NCBI GenBank assembly: GCA_963662665.2
Contig: CAXXJS010000040.1
Location: forward strand, 1-64,000
Direction: 5' to 3'
DNA length: 64,000 bases
Source: Candidatus Latescibacterota bacterium
GTDB lineage: Bacteria; Latescibacterota; UBA2968; GCA-2709665
A program made the position numbers and the translations under genes. How positions within the stretch are numbered: position 1 is the stretch's first letter; every line of letters begins with the position of its first letter. The notes beneath the pieces were generated by a model. It did no database searches. It was given only the letters and a program-made list of their open reading frames with translations, and was not told the origin of the DNA. This document shows, in pieces, positions 51,112 through 61,420 of the stretch.

Positions 51112-52032
51112 TCACGTCCATGCCGCACGTCCCCGCGTGTCCAGATCCAACCTGGGTCCGCGCTCGGGCAGGGGAACGTGTGTCCGGTAGGATTCGGCGA
51201 TTTCGGCCGCAGTTGCCGGAACCAGAGCGCAGCCCTGCTTTTCACATATTTCCTTCGCAGCCGCAACCACGCCCAGCATCGTCTCCCTCCGAAAGTCTTC
51301 CGCGTTTCCGTAATCGAAAATATTGTGCGTCAGCGCTTTCAGGTACTTGACGGGAACGTCGCTTCCGGCCTCGATCTGTCGTTTCACGTTCTTGTTAATG
51401 GTATACCAGTGGTTTTTTGCGTCTACGAGTTCAATCCGCAAATCCTGAGGGTGCGCACCGCCCCACATCCGCGAGTCCACGTCCACCGTGGGCGGAATAT
51501 CCACAAAATCCACGTCTCCGGACAGGGACCGATTGTACCGGTGCGGGTAGTGGATATCCAGCGGCGAACCGCCCCACACGCAGGCGCATTGCGGCAGGTT
51601 TCGCGTTGGCATCGTTACCGTGCCGTGCGTGAACCCCAGCACCTCCAGCGCGGGAAAGGTATGGTCGTTGGCCGAAAAATAACCGGGTGTGAATACGGCG
51701 GGCGGGCGGCCCATTGAATCGGCGAACTGATCCGCGGCCTCCTTCAGAATCCCAACCTGGTCCTCGAACCCGTACACGCCCAGGAATTCTTCGTAACCCT
51801 GTTCCGCCGGGTGGACGTGCAGGCCCACCTCGTGGCCTTCGGACTCGAGTTCTCGATACACGCCCGAATGCACCTTCATGTCTGAAGGGATTACGACAAA
51901 CGTCCCCTTCGCGCCTGTCTGCGAGAAGATTTCGCCCAATCCCCGTATTGACCGCTCGCCCAGCGCCGGGTCGTTGATACTGCGCTGCGTGGATTCGCAA
52001 TCGATCTGAACGTTGAAAAAAATCTCCGCCAC
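51112..52032 (-). CDS. Polysaccharide deacetylase (NodB/CE4-like)
   Basis: IDCE, KGTFVV, GHEVGLHVHP, FTPGYF; AAGGAGG RBS. Confidence 0.75.
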   Translation of the reverse strand: MAEIFFNVQIDCESTQRSINDPALGERSIRGLGEIFSQTGAKGTFVVIPSDMKVHSGVYRELESEGHEVGLHVHPAEQGYEEFLGVYGFEDQVGILKEAADQFADSMGRPPAVFTPGYFSANDHTFPALEVLGFTHGTVTMPTRNLPQCACVWGGSPLDIHYPHRYNRSLSGDVDFVDIPPTVDVDSRMWGGAHPQDLRIELVDAKNHWYTINKNVKRQIEAGSDVPVKYLKALTHNIFDYGNAEDFRRETMLGVVAAAKEICEKQGCALVPATAAEIAESYRTHVPLPERGPRLDLDTRGRAAWT

Positions 52033-52073
52033 GGGCCTCCACCTCCTTGCTCACTTTTGAGCGCAACGCGAGA

Positions 52074-53810
52074 TCAGCCGACCTCCACCCGGTGCTCGAA
52101 CGCGTTGACCTCCAGGTACTCGCGCTCGACCGAATCGTCCTTGTTGCGAAATACCGAGAGACGCAGCGGCGAGGACGTCCTGCCCGCCAGCGTACACCGC
52201 GCCGTCGCACTATCCGCAGATACCTGCTCGATCCAGGTCCCCTCCTTGCCCTGCAGATAGTGACCGATTTCATCGTGGCTGGCGTAGATCTTCTCGTAGC
52301 CGGCCGTCATCTCCCGGGTTCGACCGAGAATCCGGTCCCATTCATCCATCGTAATCGCGTCGAACTTCTGCTCATGGGTGACGATCTCCGCGTAGAATCC
52401 GGCACGGAGCCCATGCCGGATCTGCAGGGCCGCGTTGCCCGCCGCCTTTTCGACGTCTGTCCTTTCGTTCTCGCGCAGATAGGGGGTGCATCCCGTCAGG
52501 AAATCCTCAGAGTGCCGGGCCAGCATCGCCGCAAACGCGAAGAAATCGGGGTCGTCTGGCAGATAGTCGTAGTAACAGGTCTGCAATCCGTACGGCCGGA
52601 AACCGTCCTGCATGCACATATCGGCCTTGTGCAGCCCCGTCTGCAGGGCCGGACAGAAAAACCGGTGACCTCGCGCTTTCAGAAAGGGAAGCGCCCGCAC
52701 CCCGTATTCCCCCCAGTGGAATCGAAGCGTCGCACCCGGGTAAGCCCCGACCCGCTTCCAGAACGCGTCCGCAAAGGCGAAGTTGGACTCCAATTCTTCC
52801 TGGGAACACTCACCCTTGCCGAAATTGTAGATCAACAGCCGATAATAGTCCAGCGCATGGCTGTTGTAGTGGATTTCCCCACTCTGCATTCCGGTCCTGA
52901 TTTTTGGAAACAACCGTTCCGGAACGTTCGCGATAAACAGGGAAGGCATCGGTTTGTACCCATGGCGACTCGCGATATCCGCGTACGCGAAATCGTGACG
53001 CCCTTCGCAGTCGTCCCAGGACATGGTCACGAACGGCGGAATCATATTGGCGGCAAACGGCTTGCGGGCCGTCCACGTGATCGATCGCCAGAACAGATCG
53101 TCCATTCCGCGGGCATGGCCGAAGAACGCGTTCCGCCACACCCTGGAATTCAACGTGAATTGCACGGCGCGACCCGCTCCCCACTTTGTGGCGAACACCA
53201 GGGGGTAGTTGCGCGGTTCGAACGCGCTCCACGGCGCCAGGTGCCGGATATAGATCAACTGTTCCTTTCCCAGAATCCCGTCGGCGAGCGGAACCACGGA
53301 ATCGCCCCACTTTTCGGCGGCAATCGCCGTTACCATCCGGTCGAACGTATGAAACTCCCCTGGGGACTGCAATTGCGTGATATAGTGTTGCCGTTCCTGC
53401 ATCCGAACCGTATCGGTCGCGTACGGATGGGGGTTGATCCGGTCGAACCCGAATATTTCCAGGAGGGGACCCTCATAGTTTCTCAGGTCGTAGTCAAAAT
53501 TGACCAGCCCGGCGCCATTGCGAACCGTGTCCGCGATCAGACCCGTCTCGGAAAGTGTCAACGACGCGCCCAACCCATTCTGCGCCAGAAGGATGCCAGC
53601 GCACTGTTCCAGTGACTCCGGCGTCGGCCGTTCCTCGGCCAGATCCAGCAACCGAAAGGGCATACCGAAATGCGCCAGCGCCGCAAGGACCGTTTCATCC
53701 ACGATCACCCGCTCCCAGTACGGCCCGCCGCTGTCGATAACCACCAGCAACGCGCCGTTACCTGTACTGGTATGCCGCTCTCGCTGCACACGCCCGCTTC
53801 CTGAAGCCAT
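52074..53810 (-). CDS. Hypothetical protein: GATase-like N-terminal domain plus putative NodB-like domain
   Basis: Coding-like composition; GAGRAV, TMSWDD, EIHYNSH motifs; domain calls are tentative. Confidence 0.6.
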   Translation of the reverse strand: MASGSGRVQRERHTSTGNGALLVVIDSGGPYWERVIVDETVLAALAHFGMPFRLLDLAEERPTPESLEQCAGILLAQNGLGASLTLSETGLIADTVRNGAGLVNFDYDLRNYEGPLLEIFGFDRINPHPYATDTVRMQERQHYITQLQSPGEFHTFDRMVTAIAAEKWGDSVVPLADGILGKEQLIYIRHLAPWSAFEPRNYPLVFATKWGAGRAVQFTLNSRVWRNAFFGHARGMDDLFWRSITWTARKPFAANMIPPFVTMSWDDCEGRHDFAYADIASRHGYKPMPSLFIANVPERLFPKIRTGMQSGEIHYNSHALDYYRLLIYNFGKGECSQEELESNFAFADAFWKRVGAYPGATLRFHWGEYGVRALPFLKARGHRFFCPALQTGLHKADMCMQDGFRPYGLQTCYYDYLPDDPDFFAFAAMLARHSEDFLTGCTPYLRENERTDVEKAAGNAALQIRHGLRAGFYAEIVTHEQKFDAITMDEWDRILGRTREMTAGYEKIYASHDEIGHYLQGKEGTWIEQVSADSATARCTLAGRTSSPLRLSVFRNKDDSVEREYLEVNAFEHRVEVG

Positions 53811-53855
53811 CGTTTTCTCCGTCGTATGGTACCTGTATCCGCATCCCGGTCCGCG

Positions 53856-54998
53856 TCAGACCTTGATTTCCCAGAGGTATCCGCTGCGGTAGGGGCTGTC
53901 GTTTTCGCCGGCGTAGATCGTCCCGTCCGGCGTGACGGCCACGTCGTGTACCTGCCAGCAGTCGGCGTCGCCGTCCGACACGGGTCCCAGCAGGTCCCAT
54001 GACTCCGAGTCCGCGTCGAACCGGATCACCTCACACTTCCCATCCCGCCCCGTCACGCCCCAGGCGGCCCCGTCGGGCCCGGGCTGCAGCGTTGTCAGCC
54101 GGCTGCGCCGGTCCGCCACGGGCGTACCCAGGTACGTGCCCATCCCGGTTTCAATATCGATCCGGTATATCGACCCGTTTGCGCCGCTGGCGTACATTCG
54201 GCCCGCGCCCAGATTGAAAATACCCTCCACCTTCTCATATCCATAGCTGCCGTCCGGACTGGGCAGACCGGCGTCGAAATACTCGATCCTGTCCGTTTCG
54301 GGGTCGAACTTGCACAGCCGGTTGCGGTCCACGCCCGAGAAATTCTGCCACGCACGCGTCACGCTCCAGCCGCACCACACGCACCCGTCCTCATCCAGTT
54401 CGAGGTTCTCGCCCTGAGCCATTTCCATCCCGCTGCTGATGGGCCCCAGGTCGTCCGATCGCCCGTCGGCAAGATTGAACCGGAACATCCGCTCCGGCGT
54501 AAACGTCATCCCGTAAATCACGCCGCGTTCCTGATCCAGGCAGATCGACTGGATGTACATATGCGGCATGGGAATCCCGACTTTCTGTATTTCGCCCGTA
54601 GCCGGATTGTATTTTACTATGGCTCCGCCCGGCGCCTCCCAGTACCGATCGATATCGTGCAGGAGCGCGATTGCCCCGTACAGACAGCCGTCTTTCTCCC
54701 ACCTTACCAGCGACCTGTGGAACTTGGCATCGAACGGATTCGCAACTTTGGCGTAACCCAGATCCACGAACTCGCCGGTGGAACGGTCGTAGGCGCGGAA
54801 TATGTCGGCGTTAAAGGAGGTAATTCCCAGATATACACGGTCGTCATCCGCGTTGTGGTACACACTGTCCATGCTTATCCAGCCCTTGCGCCAGGCCGAA
54901 TCCGCCCGGAAATCGTCATATTCCCAGCGGTCCTCGATCTCCTCGTCCCACTGTTTGCCGTAGTCCACGTCCTGCAACCTGAGAGCCTTGACCTGCAT
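53856..54998 (-). CDS. Beta-propeller hypothetical protein
   Basis: Repeated blades (VYLG, LYGA, IYG, VWCG, MYAS, IYAG); AAAGGAG RBS; no signal peptide. Confidence 0.7.
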   Translation of the reverse strand: MQVKALRLQDVDYGKQWDEEIEDRWEYDDFRADSAWRKGWISMDSVYHNADDDRVYLGITSFNADIFRAYDRSTGEFVDLGYAKVANPFDAKFHRSLVRWEKDGCLYGAIALLHDIDRYWEAPGGAIVKYNPATGEIQKVGIPMPHMYIQSICLDQERGVIYGMTFTPERMFRFNLADGRSDDLGPISSGMEMAQGENLELDEDGCVWCGWSVTRAWQNFSGVDRNRLCKFDPETDRIEYFDAGLPSPDGSYGYEKVEGIFNLGAGRMYASGANGSIYRIDIETGMGTYLGTPVADRRSRLTTLQPGPDGAAWGVTGRDGKCEVIRFDADSESWDLLGPVSDGDADCWQVHDVAVTPDGTIYAGENDSPYRSGYLWEIKV

Positions 54999-55060
54999 CT
55001 GATTCTCCTTTCATGTTCAAGGTAAAGGTGTCACGGAGTCCAGCGTCGCCCCACGTGCGC

Positions 55061-56305
55061 CTATACTGCCTCGCTGATTTTGTTCAGCGCCTTGAAGAAT
55101 TCGTCAAACACCTCCACGATGGCCGCCGCGATCTCGTGCTCCTTACCCTCTTCCCACTCGTCAGGCGTCAACCGTGCGAATGCCTTTGTTCCCTCCACCT
55201 CCGACGGAGACAGAAGATCACCCTTCAGTTCGTCCAGGATCGTTACAGGATCGTCCACCGTCTCGCCTGTCCTGATCTTCCAGAACGTGCGAAAGGGCGT
55301 ACGGAAGAAACTGTTGCCGATGCGCCCGAGTTCGTTCTGAATCAGCCATGTGGTATCGAAATGGGCCGGGGCGTGGCCGTAGAAGTGAAGACGGCCCTTC
55401 ATCAGGCGTGAGAACTTGGCATTGTCGAAAATCACCAGCGCCGGGTCCACCGGAATATCCTGCAGCGCGGCTTTCCAGGCGCCGATATCCGTGCCCGCCT
55501 GCCCGGGTATCAGGGTTACCGCATCCCTCAACCGGGCGAGGATGGCGCCCAGCGCTTCTTCCAATATATCCTCAAGCGTCGTAACGTGGGGCTCCTCGTA
55601 CCACTTCGGAATCTCGTAATGGGCGTGCAGAATCTCCCTGATCAGGTCCCAGCAGCGCAGATGCGGAAAGTGCCGTTCCGCGATCTCGAATGCATCCAGC
55701 TTTCCGCAGATGTCCCGCTTCTCCAGAATGCAGACGGCCGAATGGACGGGCGGATTGAAATAATGCATAATCCGGCTGTGCAGGGGATACTTGTTTTCGT
55801 GGACGCCAAGGTTGATCGCGGGATCGATCGTGCGGTTGTAACGCCCGTAATACAGACAGAACTTTTTCAGATGGAAGTACTCGTCCTTTTCGTCCCAGGG
55901 TCTCCGGGCGAGCGTGTCCAGGGCCGCGCCGAGTCTTTTCTTATCTTCGGTCCGGTAGTACGTCCACTGGTGGTATTCCGGATAGTAGTTCCGCTCCGAC
56001 GTCAGTTCGGACCAGGTCAGATTCACACCGGGCAGGTGCTCGAAGTTTCGCGCCCAACAGGGGTATTTCTCGCAGAGCCTCAGGTGCGTCTCTCCCATCA
56101 CGGTGGACAGTTGGCACCAGTCGTCCACCGTCATGCCGTCGTTCACGATAAACCGCGTATCGAAATCGCTCATGCCCGGCAGAAGGTCCCGGAACATCCA
56201 CTTACCCGCGATCGCCTCGATCTTGTCGCAGTGGTAACGGCACGCTTCGTAGTACGTCCGGATGTAATCCGCAAAGTCGTTCTCCGGCCGGGGTGCGAAC
56301 TTCAT
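55061..56305 (-). CDS. Hypothetical protein, possible Pol-beta-superfamily nucleotidyltransferase
   Basis: AGGAGG RBS; N-terminal AIAGKWMFRDLLPGMSDFDTRFIV resembles the hG(S)x9-13DhD motif. Confidence 0.55.
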   Translation of the reverse strand: MKFAPRPENDFADYIRTYYEACRYHCDKIEAIAGKWMFRDLLPGMSDFDTRFIVNDGMTVDDWCQLSTVMGETHLRLCEKYPCWARNFEHLPGVNLTWSELTSERNYYPEYHQWTYYRTEDKKRLGAALDTLARRPWDEKDEYFHLKKFCLYYGRYNRTIDPAINLGVHENKYPLHSRIMHYFNPPVHSAVCILEKRDICGKLDAFEIAERHFPHLRCWDLIREILHAHYEIPKWYEEPHVTTLEDILEEALGAILARLRDAVTLIPGQAGTDIGAWKAALQDIPVDPALVIFDNAKFSRLMKGRLHFYGHAPAHFDTTWLIQNELGRIGNSFFRTPFRTFWKIRTGETVDDPVTILDELKGDLLSPSEVEGTKAFARLTPDEWEEGKEHEIAAAIVEVFDEFFKALNKISEAV

Positions 56306-56330
56306 CGCTCCTCCTTCCTGGCATAGAATT

Positions 56331-58145
56331 TCACGCCACCATTGCCAGTTCGGCTTCCTGGTTCCGGTCCAGGGACAACACGACGGCCGAACACCGGCGC
56401 CCCTCCACTTCGAGCGCAATAATGGGCTGCTCGCGGCCGTCCAGAAGCACGCGCGAGACCTCCCCGCCTCCCTCGGCAATCAGTGTCAGACCTGCTATCG
56501 GCTCAACGGCCGTCAGCCTGGCAACCGTCCGTTCCGGGCCGGAACTCAGCAGTTCAACCCGCAACGCGTCCCGCGCCTGTACGAAGCAGGACCACTCCTG
56601 CAGGCTGCCGGTTTCGATACCCATCGCCGCCAGCGACGCGTAGACGATATTTGCCGCCTCGAACGTGCGGCGCGGATCGCCTTTAGGCCGGATCAGATAA
56701 CAGGGGTGGAAGGTCCCGATATGGGGTACGTGCCAGCGATCGCGGGACTCGACCACCCACCGTACAGCCGCCTCGGCGTACTCCACCTGATCGAGCCCCA
56801 GCGTGCCGACGCCCGGCTCGGTGATGCTTTGCGAATCGTCGAAGGTGCAGGGCTGCAGAAACAGATCCAGCAGCCCCTCATCCGGATCGAAATAACGCAT
56901 GGGCATGGCGGATGGCAGCGAGAACGGTCCGAAGTCGTACCGGTTCATTCTCGGATCGTGGCCGCAGAAGTGAAACGGCATCAGCCAGCCGTGGTCCACC
57001 AGTATCGAGGCGGTCCTGGCGCCCGTCCACTGGCAACCGTGGATCACGACGTCGGTCACCGGCAGTCCCACTTCGTCGGTAAAGCGACGCGCCTGAGCTT
57101 CCATCTCATCGCGGATGCGTTCGTGTACCCCGTCGTCGAGTTCATTCAAGCGGCGGTTGTACGTAAGTGGAAATATGTCCACTTCTATCGACATGAAGTG
57201 GCCCCGGTCCTGCCACTCCCGGATCAACTTGCCCGCGTACCGGCTCACCGGCGCCCGGAAGAAATTGTGCTTGTGCCCGTATTGCTCCGCCAGTTCAATC
57301 CCTACCGGAGCGCCCTCCTCCCCGCAGCCGTCCGACTTGAAAAACACGGCCACCCGCCGCGCATCGGGCATGTGCCAGACGCGAGGCACAATGCCGCAGT
57401 CGTGCAAGTCCAGCAGCAACTCCCGGACCAGGTCCTGGTGTATGTCGGCCAGCGGGTGCTGCCGCGAGTGCCGCTCGGCAATCCCAATCAGTCCGAAGAT
57501 ATGCCTCGGGCCTCGCAGCGGAAGCATTTCCGACTGCTGTTCCAGCGCCCAGGTGCCGTGTCTCAACCGCAGCACCGCCCCAACCACGTCGTAAGCCAAC
57601 ACGCACGCCCGGCCCAGTTCGACCCGTTTCCGGACAATGGCCGGACCGCTGCGCTTGCCCAGGTCGTCGATCAGCGCGGCCAGTTCCTCGCCACCACACG
57701 CGACACTGAGCGCGGTATCCTGCGGGCAGTACAACGGCTCCGGCGGTACCGTAAGTCCGGCGGCCGGATGGACCACAATCCGTCCATCCGATACCACGTC
57801 CGGCTCGTTTGCCGAAGGCTCTGACGCCGCTTCCTTGTTGGGGTCCATTTTCTGGGTTGACACCACGACCCGACGCTCCACCCCCAGCCTGGCCGCCAGG
57901 TCCCCGCCCGGCATTACCGCAAGCAATCTCCCGCCACGGCGCACATAGTCAATCAGGATTCCGGCGGCATGCTTTCCAATTGCCCCCCGAAGCGTCAACA
58001 CCACGGCCGCATCCTGCAGGCGAGACGGCGCCACCTCGTTTTGCGGGAGGACCTCGAAATGAAACAGACCCTCGGCCTTCAGGATCTCGGGCGCGAAATC
58101 GTGCTCGAGGTTCTCATCGGGCTTGACTACAAGGATCTTCTTCAT
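56331..58145 (-). CDS. Hypothetical protein: GATase-like N-terminal domain plus degenerate NodB-like domain
   Basis: DYVRRGGRLL, ELGRAC, PRVWHMP...FFKSDG, GTFHP; layout similar to 52074..53810. Confidence 0.6.
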   Translation of the reverse strand: MKKILVVKPDENLEHDFAPEILKAEGLFHFEVLPQNEVAPSRLQDAAVVLTLRGAIGKHAAGILIDYVRRGGRLLAVMPGGDLAARLGVERRVVVSTQKMDPNKEAASEPSANEPDVVSDGRIVVHPAAGLTVPPEPLYCPQDTALSVACGGEELAALIDDLGKRSGPAIVRKRVELGRACVLAYDVVGAVLRLRHGTWALEQQSEMLPLRGPRHIFGLIGIAERHSRQHPLADIHQDLVRELLLDLHDCGIVPRVWHMPDARRVAVFFKSDGCGEEGAPVGIELAEQYGHKHNFFRAPVSRYAGKLIREWQDRGHFMSIEVDIFPLTYNRRLNELDDGVHERIRDEMEAQARRFTDEVGLPVTDVVIHGCQWTGARTASILVDHGWLMPFHFCGHDPRMNRYDFGPFSLPSAMPMRYFDPDEGLLDLFLQPCTFDDSQSITEPGVGTLGLDQVEYAEAAVRWVVESRDRWHVPHIGTFHPCYLIRPKGDPRRTFEAANIVYASLAAMGIETGSLQEWSCFVQARDALRVELLSSGPERTVARLTAVEPIAGLTLIAEGGGEVSRVLLDGREQPIIALEVEGRRCSAVVLSLDRNQEAELAMVA

Positions 58146-58245
58146 GGATACTGCACCAATGAGGACACGCAACGGAGTGGGCCCGGCGTGCGACTGCTAC
58201 GCTATTCGGATTGACGCCCCCCCCACCGCATCAGCCGTCGCCTTC

Positions 58246-58490
58246 CCCTTCGACAGGCTCAGGGAACAGGCTCGGCTTCTGCAACTCCCCCTCAAGCGGG
58301 GAGTGACGTCGATGGGCGCCGCTTGACTACATTTCGCAAACCAACATCAAATGTAGACTCCTTGGGATTCCCAACGCAGTCGAAAACCGCTTACTGAAGC
58401 GTGGTCATTGCTTGCGTTGAGCCTGTCGAAACGGCTTGTCGAAATGCCGCGCTTCGCGGTCCTGCGCCGACCCTTCGACAAGCTCAGGGA
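58246..58490. repeat. REP-like palindromic repeat cluster
   Basis: CCCTTCGACA(G/A)GCTCAGGGA at 58246 and 58471, inverted TGAGCCTGTCGAA at 58418, ACTCCCC..GGGGAGT hairpin near 58284. Confidence 0.7.
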
Positions 58491-58547
58491 GCGGCACAGG
58501 CTGCTCGCGTCTATCTGTGAACGCTGACGCCATGAGAGGCAGCGTCC

Positions 58548-59543
58548 TCAACCCAACTCGACCTCGCGGTTCTCCGCCGCGGAGCGATAGATCGCGTCCA
58601 GCAGCGCGTTGGTTTTCGCCGCCTCGCCAAGCGGGCATACCGGCTGGCGCCCCTCCCGGACCGCGTCGACGAAATCCTGGACGACCGGGCCGTGCACGTT
58701 GTCGGCCGGGGTCAGATCAAGCGTATCGACCTGCCGGCCGACGGTTTTGACCACCTCTCCCGAATCGTAGGGATGCCAGTACACCTTCGCCTCGGTCCCG
58801 ACGACCTCAAACTCGTGCCGCCACGTTTTCGAACTCCAGCTGAACGACGCCGTGACCAACGCGCCGTTCTCAAGTTTCATGACGATGCTCGCACAATCCT
58901 CCACGTCCCATTTCTGCACGAGGTTCTCACACCGGGCGTACACCGAAACCGGCATCCCCAAAAGCCCGATCATCACATCGAACATGTGCGTGCCCATATC
59001 GCTGATCGGCCCGCCTCCCGATCTCTCCCGGAAGACGCGCCAGCGTTTCGGATCGTCGGCCGCCGGGCTGAACCAGGAAAAGTAGACGATGCGTACAAGG
59101 ACGACCTGGCCGAATTCACCGTTCCGAATCATCTCCTGCGCCTGGAGATACGCCGGGAACAGCCGCCGGAAATACGAACACCCGGCCAGCCTGTCGCTGC
59201 GCCCGGCCGCAGAAACGGCTCTCGCGCATTCCTCGCCGGTCACGCCCAAAGGCTTCTCCACCAGCACGTGCTTATCGGCTTCCAGGGCCTTAACCGCGTG
59301 GGGCACGTGGAGCCATACGGGGGTTGCAACGTAGACCGCGTCCGCGGACGTTTTCTCCAGGGCTTCATCCAAATCGGCGAAAACCTCGTTCAGTTGGTAT
59401 TCGGACGCCAGCGCCCGGGCGTTTTCCTCCAGCATATCGCAAACCGCCACCAATTCCGAATTCCCGGCGCCTGCAAGGGCCGCGGCTACCCGCTTCCGGG
59501 CAATATCCCCGGCGCCCACCAGGAGCCATTTCACGTTATCCAT
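58548..59543 (-). CDS. Gfo/Idh/MocA NAD(P)-dependent oxidoreductase
   Basis: VGAGDIA, YVATP, HVLVEKP, GGGPISDMGTH. Confidence 0.92.
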   Translation of the reverse strand: MDNVKWLLVGAGDIARKRVAAALAGAGNSELVAVCDMLEENARALASEYQLNEVFADLDEALEKTSADAVYVATPVWLHVPHAVKALEADKHVLVEKPLGVTGEECARAVSAAGRSDRLAGCSYFRRLFPAYLQAQEMIRNGEFGQVVLVRIVYFSWFSPAADDPKRWRVFRERSGGGPISDMGTHMFDVMIGLLGMPVSVYARCENLVQKWDVEDCASIVMKLENGALVTASFSWSSKTWRHEFEVVGTEAKVYWHPYDSGEVVKTVGRQVDTLDLTPADNVHGPVVQDFVDAVREGRQPVCPLGEAAKTNALLDAIYRSAAENREVELG

Positions 59544-59825
59544 TTTACCTCCTGCGTATAGTCTCGAGGCGACCCGGAAACCGGTCACCTTGCATCCGCC
59601 GGTTCATCCCCTCGCGCTGCATCACATTCCTTGCCTGCGTTTCACCACCCCCGAACGTCCCCTATTCCCTTGCCCTTTTTTGAAAAGCGGGGAGAGGGTA
59701 GAGGGTAGACGGGAGAAGACGTCCTTGCCCGATTGGTTCTTCTTTTGTGCCACCGGCAAGAAATGAAACCGAACGGGGCAGGCGATTTCTACCCTCTTCC
59801 GTCTAACGTCTACCCGCCTTTAGGA

Positions 59826-59934
59826 GACCTACCCCCTGTCCTCCTTCCTGAAGGAAGGAGGGAACTGACATTGATTGTCATACGTCTGTTTTTCTCCCCC
59901 TTTCCTTTAGGAGAGGGGGCCGTGGGGAGAGGTC
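59826..59934. repeat. Composite palindromic (REPIN-like) element
   Basis: Outer GACCTACCCC/GGGGAGAGGTC inverted repeat enclosing the hairpins CCTCCTTCCT/AGGAAGGAGG and CCCCCTTTCCT/AGGAGAGGGGG. Confidence 0.6.
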
Positions 59935-60071
59935 CCCGCGTCCGCGGCCGTAGTGGATTGGCATCACCAGACCGTATCGCAGACCGGATTTAGCTCACCG
60001 CCGGGAGCCGATAGCTGTTCCTGCCGCTTCCGGCCGGCCGAATTCAGGCAATTTGCTGACTGGACAGAATG

Positions 60072-61223
60072 CTATCGGAGTTCAGAAATCGTCTGCTTGA
60101 TCGCCCACGCAATATAGGCCAGGTCCTCCCTGGTCGTGCCCGGAAACACGGGCGTACTGACGACCTGTTCACAGACCCCGGCCGCGATTGGGCATCCATC
60201 GCCGTTATAACCCAATTCCTGAAGCGCGTCCCAGGACCACAGCGGCGGGTAGTGCGTCGCCGTTCCCACCTGAAATCGATCCTTCAGGTGGGCGACGAAC
60301 GCTTCCGTGGTGAACCCCACGGCCTCGGTATCCAGCCGGATCACGTGCAGATGGCTCCCGTGATCGGGGCCGTGTCCTGCCGGGAGGATGACCTCCTCCA
60401 CGTCGGCCAGCAGCGCATTGAGACGGAGCATCCGGTCCCTTCGATCCTGAGTCACTCGGTCTATCTTGGCCAGCTGGGTAAGTCCCACCGCGTATTGGGG
60501 CTTGGTCATCCGGTAGTTGAACCCGACCCTTACCACCCGTGTACCGCTTCCCCCGTAGACGTATCCGAAGGTCTTCAACTGCCGGACCTGCTCCGCGAAT
60601 TCCTCGTCGTCCGTGGTAACCGCGCCTCCCTCGCCCAGGCACGTCATGTTCTTGTTGCTCTGAAAGCTGTAACACGAGGCCTTTCCCCGGCCGCCAACGG
60701 GTTCGCCATTGTACCTGGTGCCAACCGCGTGCGCCGCGTCGTAAATCACCGGAACGCCCGTCTCCTCCGAAATCAGGTCGAACGCGTCCAGGTCACAGGC
60801 GAGGCCGGCAAAGTGCACAGGAATGATCGCCCGGGTGCGCGGCGTGATTCTTTCCCTTACCTTCTTCGGGTCCAGATTCAGACTCGCCGGGTCGATATCG
60901 GCAAGTACCACGCGAGCGCCCCTGGCAATTGCCGTCCCGGCAGTGCAGACAAAGGTAAGAGGGGTCGTGATTACCTCGTCGCCCGCACCGACGTCCAGCG
61001 CCATCATGCAGCAGTCCAGTCCCGTACCGCAGGAATTGACCGCAATCGCCTTACTCGCGCCCTCGTGCGCGGCGAACGCATTCTGAAAATCGTTCTCTTC
61101 GGGAAGCGGGAAAAACGTCCCCTCCTCGTCCGCGACGTCCGTCAACATCCGGCTGACCGCCTCGACGTCGTCCTGCTCGTAAACCCCGCCCATCGAACCG
61201 AAGGGCACCTCTCGAATTTCCAT
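60072..61223 (-). CDS. DegT/DnrJ/EryC1/StrS aminotransferase
   Basis: NSCGTGL, PVHFAG, YDAAHA, YSFQSNKNMTCLGEGG, GFNYRM. Confidence 0.9.
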   Translation of the reverse strand: MEIREVPFGSMGGVYEQDDVEAVSRMLTDVADEEGTFFPLPEENDFQNAFAAHEGASKAIAVNSCGTGLDCCMMALDVGAGDEVITTPLTFVCTAGTAIARGARVVLADIDPASLNLDPKKVRERITPRTRAIIPVHFAGLACDLDAFDLISEETGVPVIYDAAHAVGTRYNGEPVGGRGKASCYSFQSNKNMTCLGEGGAVTTDDEEFAEQVRQLKTFGYVYGGSGTRVVRVGFNYRMTKPQYAVGLTQLAKIDRVTQDRRDRMLRLNALLADVEEVILPAGHGPDHGSHLHVIRLDTEAVGFTTEAFVAHLKDRFQVGTATHYPPLWSWDALQELGYNGDGCPIAAGVCEQVVSTPVFPGTTREDLAYIAWAIKQTISELR

Positions 61224-61420
61224 AAATCGGGCGCGTGAACTCCTTCGTGAAGCAGGAGAAAAACGCGCTCTGCCTCCTTTCCGAGTCATCAGAATCGCAC
61301 GGATTTCCCCGTGCCTCAGCGGTGTCTCTTCACGTTCTTCAAGTTAATATCCGGTCACCCTCTGTCAAGCGCAAAGACGCCTGACGACCGCATCGGAACA
61401 GGGCATACCGTCCCATCAAG

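Noticed and set aside
52047-53615. 522-aa plus-strand ORF
   Set aside because: It opposes the 578-aa minus-strand gene, which fits operon direction and has protein-like composition.
56306-56479. N-terminal extension of the NTase-like ORF
   Set aside because: It overlaps the upstream gene; a strong RBS precedes ATG 56305.
60069-61238. 389-aa plus-strand ORF
   Set aside because: Antisense shadow of the DegT aminotransferase.
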